Assembly (NCBI GenBank): GCA_021848095.1 | Contig: JAJZMZ010000004.1 | Coordinates: 5,111 to 69,110 of the forward strand | Origin: Candidatus Micrarchaeota archaeon | Lineage (GTDB): Archaea; Micrarchaeota; Micrarchaeia; Micrarchaeales; CABMGC01 | Reading direction: 5' to 3' | DNA length: 64,000 nucleotides | Part shown: positions 35,942 to 45,255 of the stretch, piece by piece | Position numbering within the stretch: the stretch's first letter is position 1 | How the letters are laid out: every line of letters begins with the position of its first letter | The notes under the pieces: generated by a model | Told to the model about the DNA's origin: nothing | The model's input: the letters and a program-made list of their open reading frames with translations, nothing else | Databases searched by the model: none | Position numbers and translations under genes: made by a program

Positions 35942-36878
35942 TAATTTATTAGTCAGTGTAGTAATACCTACTTTTAATAGATCTACCAATTTACAGAACT
36001 GCATAGATTCAGTTTTAAAGAGTAATTATAAAAATATAGAAATTATAATTACTGACGATAACTCTAATGATGGTACAAAAGGAAAAATTTTAAAGAAATA
36101 TAAAAATAAAAAAATTAATTATTTTTATTCAAAAAATAAGAAATTTCTTTCATATAACTTAAACAAGGCAATTAAAAAATCAAAAGGAGAGTTAATTCTT
36201 AAGTTGGATGATGATAATGTTCTGGATAAGAATGCAATTACAGAGATGGTTTCTACATTATTAATTGATAAAAGAATTGGCGTTGTTGGTCCAGTTGCTT
36301 TGTACTTAAAAAATCCAAATATTATTTGTCATGCAGGTGTAACTAAAAGAAGTAAAATAATGCGTAGGGCTATTTACTCATATGCAAACAAGGATCTTAA
36401 GACATTACCAACTACTTTGTCTGTAGAAGATTTCACAAATGTTTTTATGTTTAAAAGGGAAGCGATAATTAAGTCCGGCTTATTTGATTTGGAGATACCT
36501 TATATGGGCGAAGATAGCGAGTTTCAAGCAAGAGTTGTTAGAAATGGCTACAAAATAAAGCTTTGTAATAATGCATTTGTTTATCACAACATACCTTTCA
36601 AAACTGAGAAATATTTTATAAGGTTTAATAACGTCAGGCTTTATCATACTATGAGAAGTAAGATTTTATATGAAATGAGATATGCAAAACACCATCAAAA
36701 ATTAACATTTATTATTTCAATACCTATTTACTGGAGTTATTATGCTTATAGAATATTCAAAACTAAAGATAAGTTTAATAATAAATTAACTCTTTTAAAA
36801 AATGTTATTAACGGAACCTTTAATGGATTTACCGATTCTATCAAGAAAAAAACTTCAATAGAGTACCTTGATTATTGA
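35928..36878 (+). CDS. Glycosyltransferase family 2 (paralogue of 28031-29002)
   Basis: VSVVIPTFNR...IEIIITDDNSNDGT and KLDDDNVLD. It overlaps the upstream gene by 14 nt and the convergent pilin gene by 7 nt. Confidence 0.85.
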   Translation: MILNNNLLVSVVIPTFNRSTNLQNCIDSVLKSNYKNIEIIITDDNSNDGTKGKILKKYKNKKINYFYSKNKKFLSYNLNKAIKKSKGELILKLDDDNVLDKNAITEMVSTLLIDKRIGVVGPVALYLKNPNIICHAGVTKRSKIMRRAIYSYANKDLKTLPTTLSVEDFTNVFMFKREAIIKSGLFDLEIPYMGEDSEFQARVVRNGYKIKLCNNAFVYHNIPFKTEKYFIRFNNVRLYHTMRSKILYEMRYAKHHQKLTFIISIPIYWSYYAYRIFKTKDKFNNKLTLLKNVINGTFNGFTDSIKKKTSIEYLDY

Positions 36879-37426
36879 GTTGCAACTACTGTAAATCTAC
36901 CTAACTCTTGGATTGCATTAGTTGTAGTACTTGTGGAATACATTACATAAACTACTCCTGATAACTTCGAACCTATTTTAATCCCAGAAGGCAACAAAGG
37001 AGAGTTCGGATCTATAACTGTTGTTACATACTGTTGACTTCCACTACCTAAGCTACTTAAAAAAGCCCAATTTCCAACTATTTGCCCCCAATAATAAACC
37101 GAGTTAGATGTATATCCAGAAGGCTGTGAAATTACTTGGCCATCTGGTACTGCTATGATATAAACATTACTCCATTGTTGACCTACTTGTCCGATATCTA
37201 CGCCTATATACGGGTGTCCGGTATCTGGTGATCCCGAATAACTAGTACCTAATGTAATATTTGTGCATAAAAATCCAGAGTTAGCAATACATGCGTTACT
37301 TCCTCCTCCGAGATTGTTAAAAACCCCTAAAATAAATAAAGCTACTAAGGTTATTGCAATAATTAGGATTGACCAGCCATAAGTCATCAAGTACTCCATA
37401 GCGCTTTGAGCTTTGTATGATTTCAA
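36872..37426 (-). CDS. Small type IV pilin-like protein (class III signal peptide)
   Basis: MKSYKAQSAMEYLMTYGWSILIIAITLVALFILGVF followed by CIANSGFLC. At 184 aa it is sized like a major or minor pilin. Confidence 0.85.
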   Translation of the reverse strand: MKSYKAQSAMEYLMTYGWSILIIAITLVALFILGVFNNLGGGSNACIANSGFLCTNITLGTSYSGSPDTGHPYIGVDIGQVGQQWSNVYIIAVPDGQVISQPSGYTSNSVYYWGQIVGNWAFLSSLGSGSQQYVTTVIDPNSPLLPSGIKIGSKLSGVVYVMYSTSTTTNAIQELGRFTVVATQ

Positions 37427-37450
37427 AACAGATCCCTGCTATACCTTTAA

Positions 37451-38347
37451 TTATGGTGCTATATAACCATTTTGCCAGTCTGTTGTATAAGTTCCTCCAT
37501 TCTGTTGTCCGTTATAGTTATTTCCTGAGTAATCATTAGCATTACCATTAAGTGGCCACCAGCCAACAAGATTTTGTAGTTTAATAGGTACTCCACCTAT
37601 TCCTTCATTATAAAGTGCTTTAATTTGATTAGCTGAAAGGCTTGTATTGTAAATTTGTATATTTGCTATATCTCCTCCCATATATGCAGATCCATCCCAC
37701 GTTCCAATTCCTGAACCAAGAACTAGAATGCTGTTTGTTGTTAAAATTCCTGTTGTTGTTCTACTGCACATAGTTGAACCGTTTACCCAAACTATCTGCT
37801 CCTTTGTTATTGAGTTCCAGCTTGCTCCTAATTGATACCATGTTCCAGCTGTAGGGCCTTGTGTACATCCTATGTCATCTGCCCAGAAGTTAAGGTACCA
37901 TTTTCCAGATCTAGAAAAGATTCCGAATCCTTGATCAAGAGCACCTGGGGGTTGTCCGCTCCAAGCATATCCTAAATCTCCATTACCTGAAGGAGGACTT
38001 GCAAGATTAGTTCCTGGAGGCCAATAAATCCAACCAAGTATTGTAAATGAGTTTCCTTGAAAAAATTCCTTATTTACATTAATGTAATTTCCAACTCCAA
38101 CAAATGTACTTACTGTTTGTGGTAATTCATTGTTACAGGTACCTTCTAAATTTATACTTGAAATACTCTCTGGGCCTCCTGGTCTAAAAACTTGGCAACT
38201 TCCAGGAGGTAATTTAGGTCCTAATGACGTAGTGTTAAAAATTCCTAACTCGAAGAGTGCTACTAAAACAATGGCTATAATTAGAATTGACCATCCGTAA
38301 GTCATCAAGTACTCCATTGCACTTTGGAGCTTTAGTAGCTTTTTCAT
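37451..38347 (-). CDS. Type IV pilin-like protein fused to a LamG/concanavalin-A-like lectin domain
   Basis: MKKLLKLQSAMEYLMTYGWSILIIAIVLVALFELGIF at the N-terminus. The C-terminal GDIANIQIYNTSLSANQIKALYNEG is the typical LamG_3 ending. Confidence 0.85.
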   Translation of the reverse strand: MKKLLKLQSAMEYLMTYGWSILIIAIVLVALFELGIFNTTSLGPKLPPGSCQVFRPGGPESISSINLEGTCNNELPQTVSTFVGVGNYINVNKEFFQGNSFTILGWIYWPPGTNLASPPSGNGDLGYAWSGQPPGALDQGFGIFSRSGKWYLNFWADDIGCTQGPTAGTWYQLGASWNSITKEQIVWVNGSTMCSRTTTGILTTNSILVLGSGIGTWDGSAYMGGDIANIQIYNTSLSANQIKALYNEGIGGVPIKLQNLVGWWPLNGNANDYSGNNYNGQQNGGTYTTDWQNGYIAP

Positions 38348-38362
38348 AAGCTCATACTATTT

Positions 38363-40585
38363 TTACTGTTTATAATGATTGTTTTTATGATTATTTGTAA
38401 AACCTAAAAATGAAACGAACTTATTTTCTGTATTGACGAAGTTGTTCTTGTTTAGGTTCCCATGCTTAATCACTTCGTAACTAACTGAATTTGTACATGC
38501 TGAAGAGTCATTATAATTAAATGAGTCACTGCTGTTCCATGTATTTATTATGTGATCACTGCAACTATGTTGTTCTTGATTATCATTATCACAGTTTATA
38601 CTACTGTAGTGTGGATTTTTACATGATGCTGGTGTTGTTAAGGTAACTGCAGCTAATGATGAGTTAGAACTCAAGTTTGTTGTAAGATCTGTTACATGTA
38701 CTTTGAAGTAATATACTCCCATTGCACTTTGTGGATATGTGTCAAATACATACTTTGCAGAGTTTGAGTCTGCAATTGCTACGAAACTATTTGTATATGG
38801 TGTTTTTACATACCATGTGTATGTGTAGTTGTTTACTGAAGATGTTGATACTGTATCTGCATAAAGTGCAAGCGACTCTTTTTTATGTATTGTAAAGTTT
38901 TCTGGCGTTATGCTTACATTTAAGTACTGTGGTTTGTATGGTACTTTTGATACATTAATAACTACTGAAGACGTTGCTGTTTTTCCTTTTGAATCAGTTA
39001 CCATTTCAGTAATGTTATATGAACCTGTTCCCTCAAATGTTGCGCTGTTGTTTATTAAAGTTACATTGTTTGTTGGTGTTATTTTATACGAGTATGTGTA
39101 AGGTGCTGTTCCATATGTCGTTACGTTTGACAATAAAATAGTTGTATTTGTATATATTGTTGTATTTAATACAATTAACTTTATTAATGGTAATTGATTT
39201 ACTATCACAGTTGCGTTGTTAGATAATGTTGAGTCATTTGCTGAGTCTTTTACGTTTAAGTTTATTGTATAATTTCCTACCTTTGGTGCAACATTAAGTG
39301 TCTTTGTTGTTGCATTGTTTACTCCATTAATTATCCATTGATATGAGTAATTTCCAAAACCGCCTGATACATTTGAGTATAGCGTTGCATTTTGTCCAAG
39401 GTCCAATACAGTTAGATTTGGTTTAACATTGACAACTAATGCGGGTGCTTCTACATTTACAGTTGCTGTTGTGTAGTTGCTCTGTCCAAATGAATCAGTT
39501 GCAGTTTCTTTTATTGTGTATGTTCCTGGGTATTTAAAAGTAAAGTTGTTTCCTTTTTGTGTAACATTTGAGTTATACATATATGTATAATTGTAAGGCG
39601 CTTCTCCTCCTGTCGTAATATTTTGCAGTGAAGCGGTTTGTGTTATTAATATAGTTTGTGTGCTTGGTGTTAATTGTATTTTTACTGCTGGGTTTACATT
39701 TATGGTTGAGTTGTTTGTTTTAAACGAATCATTTTGATTGTCATGAACAACTGCGTATACATTATAATTTCCAGGATTATCTCCAATAAATGTAAATGTA
39801 CTTTGATTTGCTACCACTTTAACATTATTTACAAACCATGCATAAGTATAATTTCCCGTACCTCCTGTTGTATTTGCTTTTAATACCTCTGATTGACCTA
39901 AATCTATCTTTTTATACGTTGGATATATACTTGAGTTAAGTGGTGTGAATGTTGGCAAAACAGTTATATTTGCTTGAGCGGTTGCATTTGCATTATTTGT
40001 ATCGCTGACTTCTTCAGTTATTTTATAACTGCCTGCTTTTCCAAAGAAGAATGAGTTTCCACTTCGATTAACATTACTTGAAATATTTAAATATTTATAA
40101 GAAGTATAATACTCTGAACCTGTGTACTGTACAGTGCCGTTTTGTGTATTGTTTGTAAACTTTATTGAGTTTCCTGCATAAATTGTGTCTGTTTGTGGAA
40201 TTAAATTTAATACAAGTCTTGTATCTACTCCTTCATACGTTGAACCAGATCCTTTATTTCCTGCTGTGTCGGTAACATTTACATTTATTACATCAGGGTT
40301 TGATTCATCACTTACATTTCCATGAAATACTGCAACACAGCTACTATTTCCAAAGTTGCCACTTCTAGAAGTTACAAATAAGTCATAGTATGACCATGCA
40401 CAACTATAGCTTCCATTTCCTCCTGTTATGTTAGCATAAACAGTTGTATTATAACCTGCATCTATTACTGGATATTGTGCTGTTACACCTACTGAAAGTG
40501 CAGCTCCATAAGAAGCTCCTATAAACAAAACTGATACTAATAATGATAGTATCCAAAACCTTTTCGAATTCATAATGTTACCCAA
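38363..40585 (-). CDS. Secreted multi-PKD/Ig-like repeat protein with a Cys/His/Asn-rich C-terminal region
   Basis: Signal peptide FWILSLLVSVLFIGASYGA. At least six ~85-aa repeats carry PKD-type endings (VTDTAGNKGSGS, VSDTNNANATAQANITV, VHDNQNDSFKTNNSTINV, ATDSFGQSNYTTATVNV, VKDSANDSTLSNNATVIV, VTDSKGKTATSSVVINV). An alternative start lies at 40573. Confidence 0.85.
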   Translation of the reverse strand: MGNIMNSKRFWILSLLVSVLFIGASYGAALSVGVTAQYPVIDAGYNTTVYANITGGNGSYSCAWSYYDLFVTSRSGNFGNSSCVAVFHGNVSDESNPDVINVNVTDTAGNKGSGSTYEGVDTRLVLNLIPQTDTIYAGNSIKFTNNTQNGTVQYTGSEYYTSYKYLNISSNVNRSGNSFFFGKAGSYKITEEVSDTNNANATAQANITVLPTFTPLNSSIYPTYKKIDLGQSEVLKANTTGGTGNYTYAWFVNNVKVVANQSTFTFIGDNPGNYNVYAVVHDNQNDSFKTNNSTINVNPAVKIQLTPSTQTILITQTASLQNITTGGEAPYNYTYMYNSNVTQKGNNFTFKYPGTYTIKETATDSFGQSNYTTATVNVEAPALVVNVKPNLTVLDLGQNATLYSNVSGGFGNYSYQWIINGVNNATTKTLNVAPKVGNYTINLNVKDSANDSTLSNNATVIVNQLPLIKLIVLNTTIYTNTTILLSNVTTYGTAPYTYSYKITPTNNVTLINNSATFEGTGSYNITEMVTDSKGKTATSSVVINVSKVPYKPQYLNVSITPENFTIHKKESLALYADTVSTSSVNNYTYTWYVKTPYTNSFVAIADSNSAKYVFDTYPQSAMGVYYFKVHVTDLTTNLSSNSSLAAVTLTTPASCKNPHYSSINCDNDNQEQHSCSDHIINTWNSSDSFNYNDSSACTNSVSYEVIKHGNLNKNNFVNTENKFVSFLGFTNNHKNNHYKQ

Positions 40586-40648
40586 AATTAATGGTTCTTA
40601 AAGGTTTAATAAACAGTGCTTTTAATTCCTTTATAATAAGTATAAAAA

Positions 40649-41179
40649 TTAAAACTCTAGCAATGAAACTGTTTTTATTGGGCTTAATATCTCCTTTCCG
40701 TTTAGTTGTTTTAGTTCTATCGCGAAGCACACACAAGCTACCACTCCATTTAACTTATTGACTAGGTTGCAAGCTGCTTTGGCGGTTCCTCCAGTAGCTA
40801 AAAGATCATCTATTATAACTACCTTATCATTACTCTCTAGCGCGTCTATATGCATTTCAAGGGTAGCAGAGCCGTACTCTAGTTTATACTCTTCTTGTAC
40901 TGTTTTGTAAGGGAGCTTGCCTTTCTTTCTAGCTGGGATGAAGCCTTTATTCATTTTATTTGCTACCGCTGAACCTAGTATAAATCCTCTAGACTCAATA
41001 CCAACTATGTACTTAAAATCAATATCTTTTAAAAGCTCAACAAGCCTATTAATTAATAATGAAAAAAGCTCAGGGTTTTTAAGCAAAGGAGTAATATCCT
41101 TGAAGATTATTCCTGGTTTTGGATAATCGTTTACATTTCTTATACTATTAATTAATCTTTCATTGTTTTTTCCTTCCAT
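40649..41179 (-). CDS. apt: Adenine phosphoribosyltransferase
   Basis: YPKPGIIFKDITPLL, GIESRGFILG and the PRPP motif VVIIDDLLATGGTAKA. I chose the start at MEGKNNE (41179). Confidence 0.9.
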   Translation of the reverse strand: MEGKNNERLINSIRNVNDYPKPGIIFKDITPLLKNPELFSLLINRLVELLKDIDFKYIVGIESRGFILGSAVANKMNKGFIPARKKGKLPYKTVQEEYKLEYGSATLEMHIDALESNDKVVIIDDLLATGGTAKAACNLVNKLNGVVACVCFAIELKQLNGKEILSPIKTVSLLEF

Positions 41180-41302
41180 ATTAATCCTTTTTATCCATTT
41201 ATTTAAGTTTATCAAAAGTGATACCGCTATGTTAATATATTTATATATTTACTTATTATAAAACAGTAGGTTATAACTTAATTTATTTACTGAACTGATT
41301 AA

Positions 41303-42001
41303 ATGAAGATAAAAAATATACCAAAAACAGTTGCTATAATTCCTGATGGAAATAGACGCTGGGCAAAATCTCACACCCTATCTATAATGAATGGATATGA
41401 TTTAGGCGTTAAAAAATTCATAGAGTTTAGTGAGTGGTGTGTATCTTACGGAATAAACAACATAGCCGTGTGGGCATTTTCAACTGAAAACTTTTCAAGA
41501 GATTCAAAAGAGGTAAAAACATTATTTGCAATATACAAAAAGGTAGCAAATGATAAAAAAATACTTTCAAGATTACATAAAAATAAAACATCTTTAAAAA
41601 TAGTTGGAAATAAATCATTACTTCCAAAAGATCTTCTAGTTTCATTAAAAAAAGTAGAAAAGGAAACATCAATTTATAAGGACAGAGTAATAAATATGCT
41701 TATTGCATATGGTGGAAAAGATGACATCTTACATGCAGTAAAAAGTATAGCTTCAAAAGCAAAAACAGCAGCAAGTATAAATGAAAAATTAGTATACAAA
41801 TATTTATTGTCAAACACAGTTCCAGATATTGATTTAATTATAAGAACCTCGGGAGAAAAAAGACTTTCAGGTTTTATGCCTTGGCAAACTTCCTATTCTG
41901 AACTTTATTTTTCAGATAAGCTTTGGCCTGATTTCACTAAAAATGATTTACATTCTGCACTTAAGGAATACAACAAAAGACAAAGAAGATTTGGCAAGTA
42001 A
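41303..42001 (+). CDS. uppS: cis-Prenyltransferase (undecaprenyl/dolichyl-type diphosphate synthase)
   Basis: VAIIPDGNRRWAK, WAFSTENFSR and IRTSGEKRLSGFMPWQTSYSELYF. Confidence 0.9.
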   Translation: MKIKNIPKTVAIIPDGNRRWAKSHTLSIMNGYDLGVKKFIEFSEWCVSYGINNIAVWAFSTENFSRDSKEVKTLFAIYKKVANDKKILSRLHKNKTSLKIVGNKSLLPKDLLVSLKKVEKETSIYKDRVINMLIAYGGKDDILHAVKSIASKAKTAASINEKLVYKYLLSNTVPDIDLIIRTSGEKRLSGFMPWQTSYSELYFSDKLWPDFTKNDLHSALKEYNKRQRRFGK

Positions 42002-42012
42002 AGTGTTTTTAA

Positions 42013-43851
42013 ATGCCTGATGAAAAAAGAGACGTTACTCGTTTTACAAAGTACTTTGGATTAACAATTCCTGGAACTGGAACATTAATTTTAATACTGA
42101 TACTATTTGGAGTAATCTCTGGAATTATAAGTGAGTTAATATTAAATCCTACTTCTAACTTACTTTACATATTAACATCAGGTGCAGGTTTAGGGATAAC
42201 AATAATTGCATTTCCAGGAATATTGACTGGATTATTATTTAAAGTAATGAAAAGGTCATTAAAACTTAAACATGCATTAGTAGCTGTTCTTGTTATAACA
42301 TTGACATATGCCGCATTTTTCATAATAAGCGCATTTACATACGAACTTACCAAAAATTATGGTTTAGCATTGATACCAATATTACTTAGCGATGCCGGAA
42401 TCTACGGCTATTGGTTCATATTAAATAAGGTAGTTCTTAATCAAAGGAGAACGATTATATTTACTGCAGCAATACAATCAGTTTTAAACGCATTAATTTT
42501 CATTCCAATAAGCGGTATTTTGTTTACAATTAATGTATCTCCAATATATGTACTATTAAAACTAATTGCAGGAATGCTTGCATTCATGATTTGTGGTTAT
42601 TTAATACTCTTCATTATGGATAGACCATCTAAAAAGTTAGCTAACTTTAGTGGAGTAGAGATAATGAGTCTTATGGTAGGTCAATGGCTGTATGGTTCTA
42701 AAAATAATACAAAGCCACTAGAAAAAATGGGAACTACTAGAGATATTCCTGTATCTATATTAGCGTTAAAATCAAAAAATAAATACAAAGCAATATTTGT
42801 AAAACCAAATATTCATTATGGTCCAATACAGGGTTTAGGTGGAAGCGTAACTACTGAATTATTAGGAAATAGAATAGTAAAAAGTTATGGCGCTACTCCA
42901 TTCATACTACACGGAGCTGTAAATATAGAGGACAATCCTGTTAACTCTTCAGACATAAATATCATTTGGAACTCTTTGAATAAAGAGTTAGCATCAAAAA
43001 ACAATAAGTCTTTCGAGAGTTCATCATTTTCATTATCAAAAGTAACTGTAAATAAATGTACTGCGTTGGGAATAAAATTAAACAACTCCTTATTACTCAC
43101 ACTTACAAAAGCACCATACGTTACTGAAGACATAGATAGTGACATAGGTTTAAGTTTTGAGTCTTTATCATCTAAATATAACTTAAACTGTATTTTAATT
43201 GATGCACATAATTCTCGTTTTGAATCGGCAGAAGCTGAAGAACTTAAAGGTATTTACAAAGGAAGCAGGTATGTTTCAAAATACAAAACTGCAATACTTT
43301 CTGTAATAAATTCATTAAAATCTTCAAAGAATGAAAAGCTACTTTTTGGTTCTTCTCATATAAAATTAAAAACATATCTTAAAACAAACGACATAGGTCC
43401 TGGTTATATGTCTGTTGGTGTATTCAAATCAAAAAAACAAAATTTCTGTATGGTTTACTTTGATTCAAATAATATAGCTCCAAAGTTCAGATCAAACTTA
43501 ATAGAGTATATTAAAAATAGATATAAATTAAATGCTGAGTTGTACTCTACAGATACTCATGCAGTAAATACTCTTGCATTATCTGCAAGTAATGTTCTAG
43601 GTAAAACTACAAAAGAAAAAGATATACTTCCATATTTAGATAAAACAATTGAAGAAGCATTAAACTCATTAGAAGAAGTTAAACAATACTACTCAAAAAT
43701 AACTATAAACGACTTTAAAGTTTGGGGAAAAGGTTCAGAAGAAACAATAATGCGAGCAAGTAGACAGATAATAAAAAGAGGTAAAAAATCAGTACCTTTT
43801 ATAGTTGTTGGCTTCTTTATAATTGCAGCATGGGCAATATACCTTGCATGA
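42013..43851 (+). CDS. Polytopic membrane protein with a large C-terminal soluble domain (possibly the archaeal DUF2070-type family)
   Basis: About 6 N-terminal TM helices, a ~380-aa soluble region, and a terminal TM (FIVVGFFIIAAWAIYLA). The family assignment is from memory of the architecture only. Confidence 0.6.
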   Translation: MPDEKRDVTRFTKYFGLTIPGTGTLILILILFGVISGIISELILNPTSNLLYILTSGAGLGITIIAFPGILTGLLFKVMKRSLKLKHALVAVLVITLTYAAFFIISAFTYELTKNYGLALIPILLSDAGIYGYWFILNKVVLNQRRTIIFTAAIQSVLNALIFIPISGILFTINVSPIYVLLKLIAGMLAFMICGYLILFIMDRPSKKLANFSGVEIMSLMVGQWLYGSKNNTKPLEKMGTTRDIPVSILALKSKNKYKAIFVKPNIHYGPIQGLGGSVTTELLGNRIVKSYGATPFILHGAVNIEDNPVNSSDINIIWNSLNKELASKNNKSFESSSFSLSKVTVNKCTALGIKLNNSLLLTLTKAPYVTEDIDSDIGLSFESLSSKYNLNCILIDAHNSRFESAEAEELKGIYKGSRYVSKYKTAILSVINSLKSSKNEKLLFGSSHIKLKTYLKTNDIGPGYMSVGVFKSKKQNFCMVYFDSNNIAPKFRSNLIEYIKNRYKLNAELYSTDTHAVNTLALSASNVLGKTTKEKDILPYLDKTIEEALNSLEEVKQYYSKITINDFKVWGKGSEETIMRASRQIIKRGKKSVPFIVVGFFIIAAWAIYLA

Positions 43852-43857
43852 GAACAA

Positions 43858-44781
43858 GTGTTTTTAATGCTTTTATATGAATACATTCTTTACTCAATTT
43901 CGTTTATTCTGTTATTATATAAAATCTTTACAAGTAAATCTTCAAAGGATTTATTCCTATTTATTTTATTTTCTTTAATATCTTTTTTAGCTGCAAATTA
44001 TGCAAACTTAAACTTTTTACTACTATTTTCAGGATATGTTATTTTTAATATAATGATATCCTTATATGGTACAAAGTTTCTTGAAGTATTTTCAATTATC
44101 GGAACCTACTTTATTTTTATAACATACTTTATAGCACCTATACTAATACCTCTTGCAATATTTTTTGGTGGAATAAGCTCCTATGGTATTTATCCTAGAA
44201 AAAAACATAAAGTAAAGAAGACAACGTACAAAAAAGAATTATTTAGAAATGTGTTTACCATAATCTCTGGTTTTATATTAATACTTCTCCTTATCTTTTC
44301 TAATATTTCCCCATATTTATTAATCGGTTCAATATTCTTAATAGGAATTCTTCTTTTGAATACATCTATAATATACAAGACCGGGCCTCTGTCAAAGCTG
44401 TTGTATATTCTTGAAAGAAAAAACTTCAGATTAGGTCATGGTGCAATATGGCTTGGAATAGGTACTTGTTTTGCAATTTCATACTTTAGCTTCAATTATG
44501 CAATACCAGTTATATCATTTATTTTCATAGCCGATTGTGTTTCTCCAATTTTTGGAATAAAGTATGGCAAAATTAAACTTCCATATAACAAAAACAAGAG
44601 TGTTATAGGTACATTATCATACTTTATTGCAGGAGCAGTTATATCTTATCTCTTTATAGGTTATTTAGGAATAATACTTGCCGGAATAGGTGCAATAATA
44701 GAGTCACTTCCTGTACTTTTAGATGACAACTTTGATGTTCCATTTGTAATATTTTTAATTGTAAAAATATTTGGTTTATAA
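43858..44781 (+). CDS. Polytopic membrane protein of the CTP-dependent polyprenol kinase / cytidylyltransferase superfamily (dolichol-kinase-like)
   Basis: The C-terminal block FIADCVSPIFGIKYGKIKLPYNKNKSVIGTLSYFIAG fits the D-x-x-A-x-x-x-G-x-x-x-G...K[ST]-x-x-G signature of the dolichol kinase / CdsA / CarS family. The start is GTG at 43858 or ATG at 43867. Confidence 0.55.
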   Translation: MFLMLLYEYILYSISFILLLYKIFTSKSSKDLFLFILFSLISFLAANYANLNFLLLFSGYVIFNIMISLYGTKFLEVFSIIGTYFIFITYFIAPILIPLAIFFGGISSYGIYPRKKHKVKKTTYKKELFRNVFTIISGFILILLLIFSNISPYLLIGSIFLIGILLLNTSIIYKTGPLSKLLYILERKNFRLGHGAIWLGIGTCFAISYFSFNYAIPVISFIFIADCVSPIFGIKYGKIKLPYNKNKSVIGTLSYFIAGAVISYLFIGYLGIILAGIGAIIESLPVLLDDNFDVPFVIFLIVKIFGL

Positions 44782-45255
44782 TTATGTTGTGTTTATTATA
44801 AAATGAGATGTACTTTTAACAGTATTTAATGGAGTTTCTAAAACATATCTTCCATTTGCACATGTATTGTTTAAATCAAATGGTTTTGCATCTTTTATGT
44901 AATCAACCGTTCCATTTTGAAGGATCCAACTTTGTTCTAATGGTATTCTTGTATTAGCCATCCACATACATGTTTGTTGTGTTGAATTTAATACAAACAA
45001 CATTCCATACGCTCCTTCAAAACTACCTCTATACATCATACCTCTTGTAAGTTGATAATTAGAAACAGCGAGATATACTGTTCTAGAAAAGCCTTGACAA
45101 GAACTACAGTTATAAACAATTATATCTGTTTTTCCAAAGTAAAAACTCAATGGAAATAAACCTAAATAGTAAATAAAAATTAAAGAAATAGTAATTAAAA
45201 TAAAAAGAAAAATTAAGAAAAAAGAGAAAAGAAAGTTCCTTTTCAAGAAACTCAC
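44782..45255 (-). CDS. DUF192-family protein (membrane-anchored/secreted)
   Basis: LTRGMMYRGSFEGAYGMLFVL...CMWMANTRIPLEQSWI matches the DUF192 pattern GLM...GMLF...WMxNtxxPLD. The N-terminus is hydrophobic. The GTG start overlaps the S11 stop (TAGTG). Confidence 0.7.
   Translation of the reverse strand: MSFLKRNFLFSFFLIFLFILITISLIFIYYLGLFPLSFYFGKTDIIVYNCSSCQGFSRTVYLAVSNYQLTRGMMYRGSFEGAYGMLFVLNSTQQTCMWMANTRIPLEQSWILQNGTVDYIKDAKPFDLNNTCANGRYVLETPLNTVKSTSHFIINTT

Noticed and set aside
36872-36878. Convergent gene ends that overlap or abut: 36872-36878 (7-nt overlap), 47492/47493 (0 nt), 13303/13308 (4 nt), 20544-20549 (6-nt overlap).
   Set aside because: This is a real feature of the sequence, but it is characteristic of compact genomes generally. 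I did not treat it as a specific regulatory system. It is mentioned only in connection with the histidine kinase.
20544-36878. Whether the glycosylation island is a mobile element or genomic island, given its inverted paralogues.
   Set aside because: There is no integrase, transposase, terminal direct repeat or flanking tRNA attachment-site duplication that I can see. Composition looks similar to the flanks by eye, so it is not called as a mobile element.
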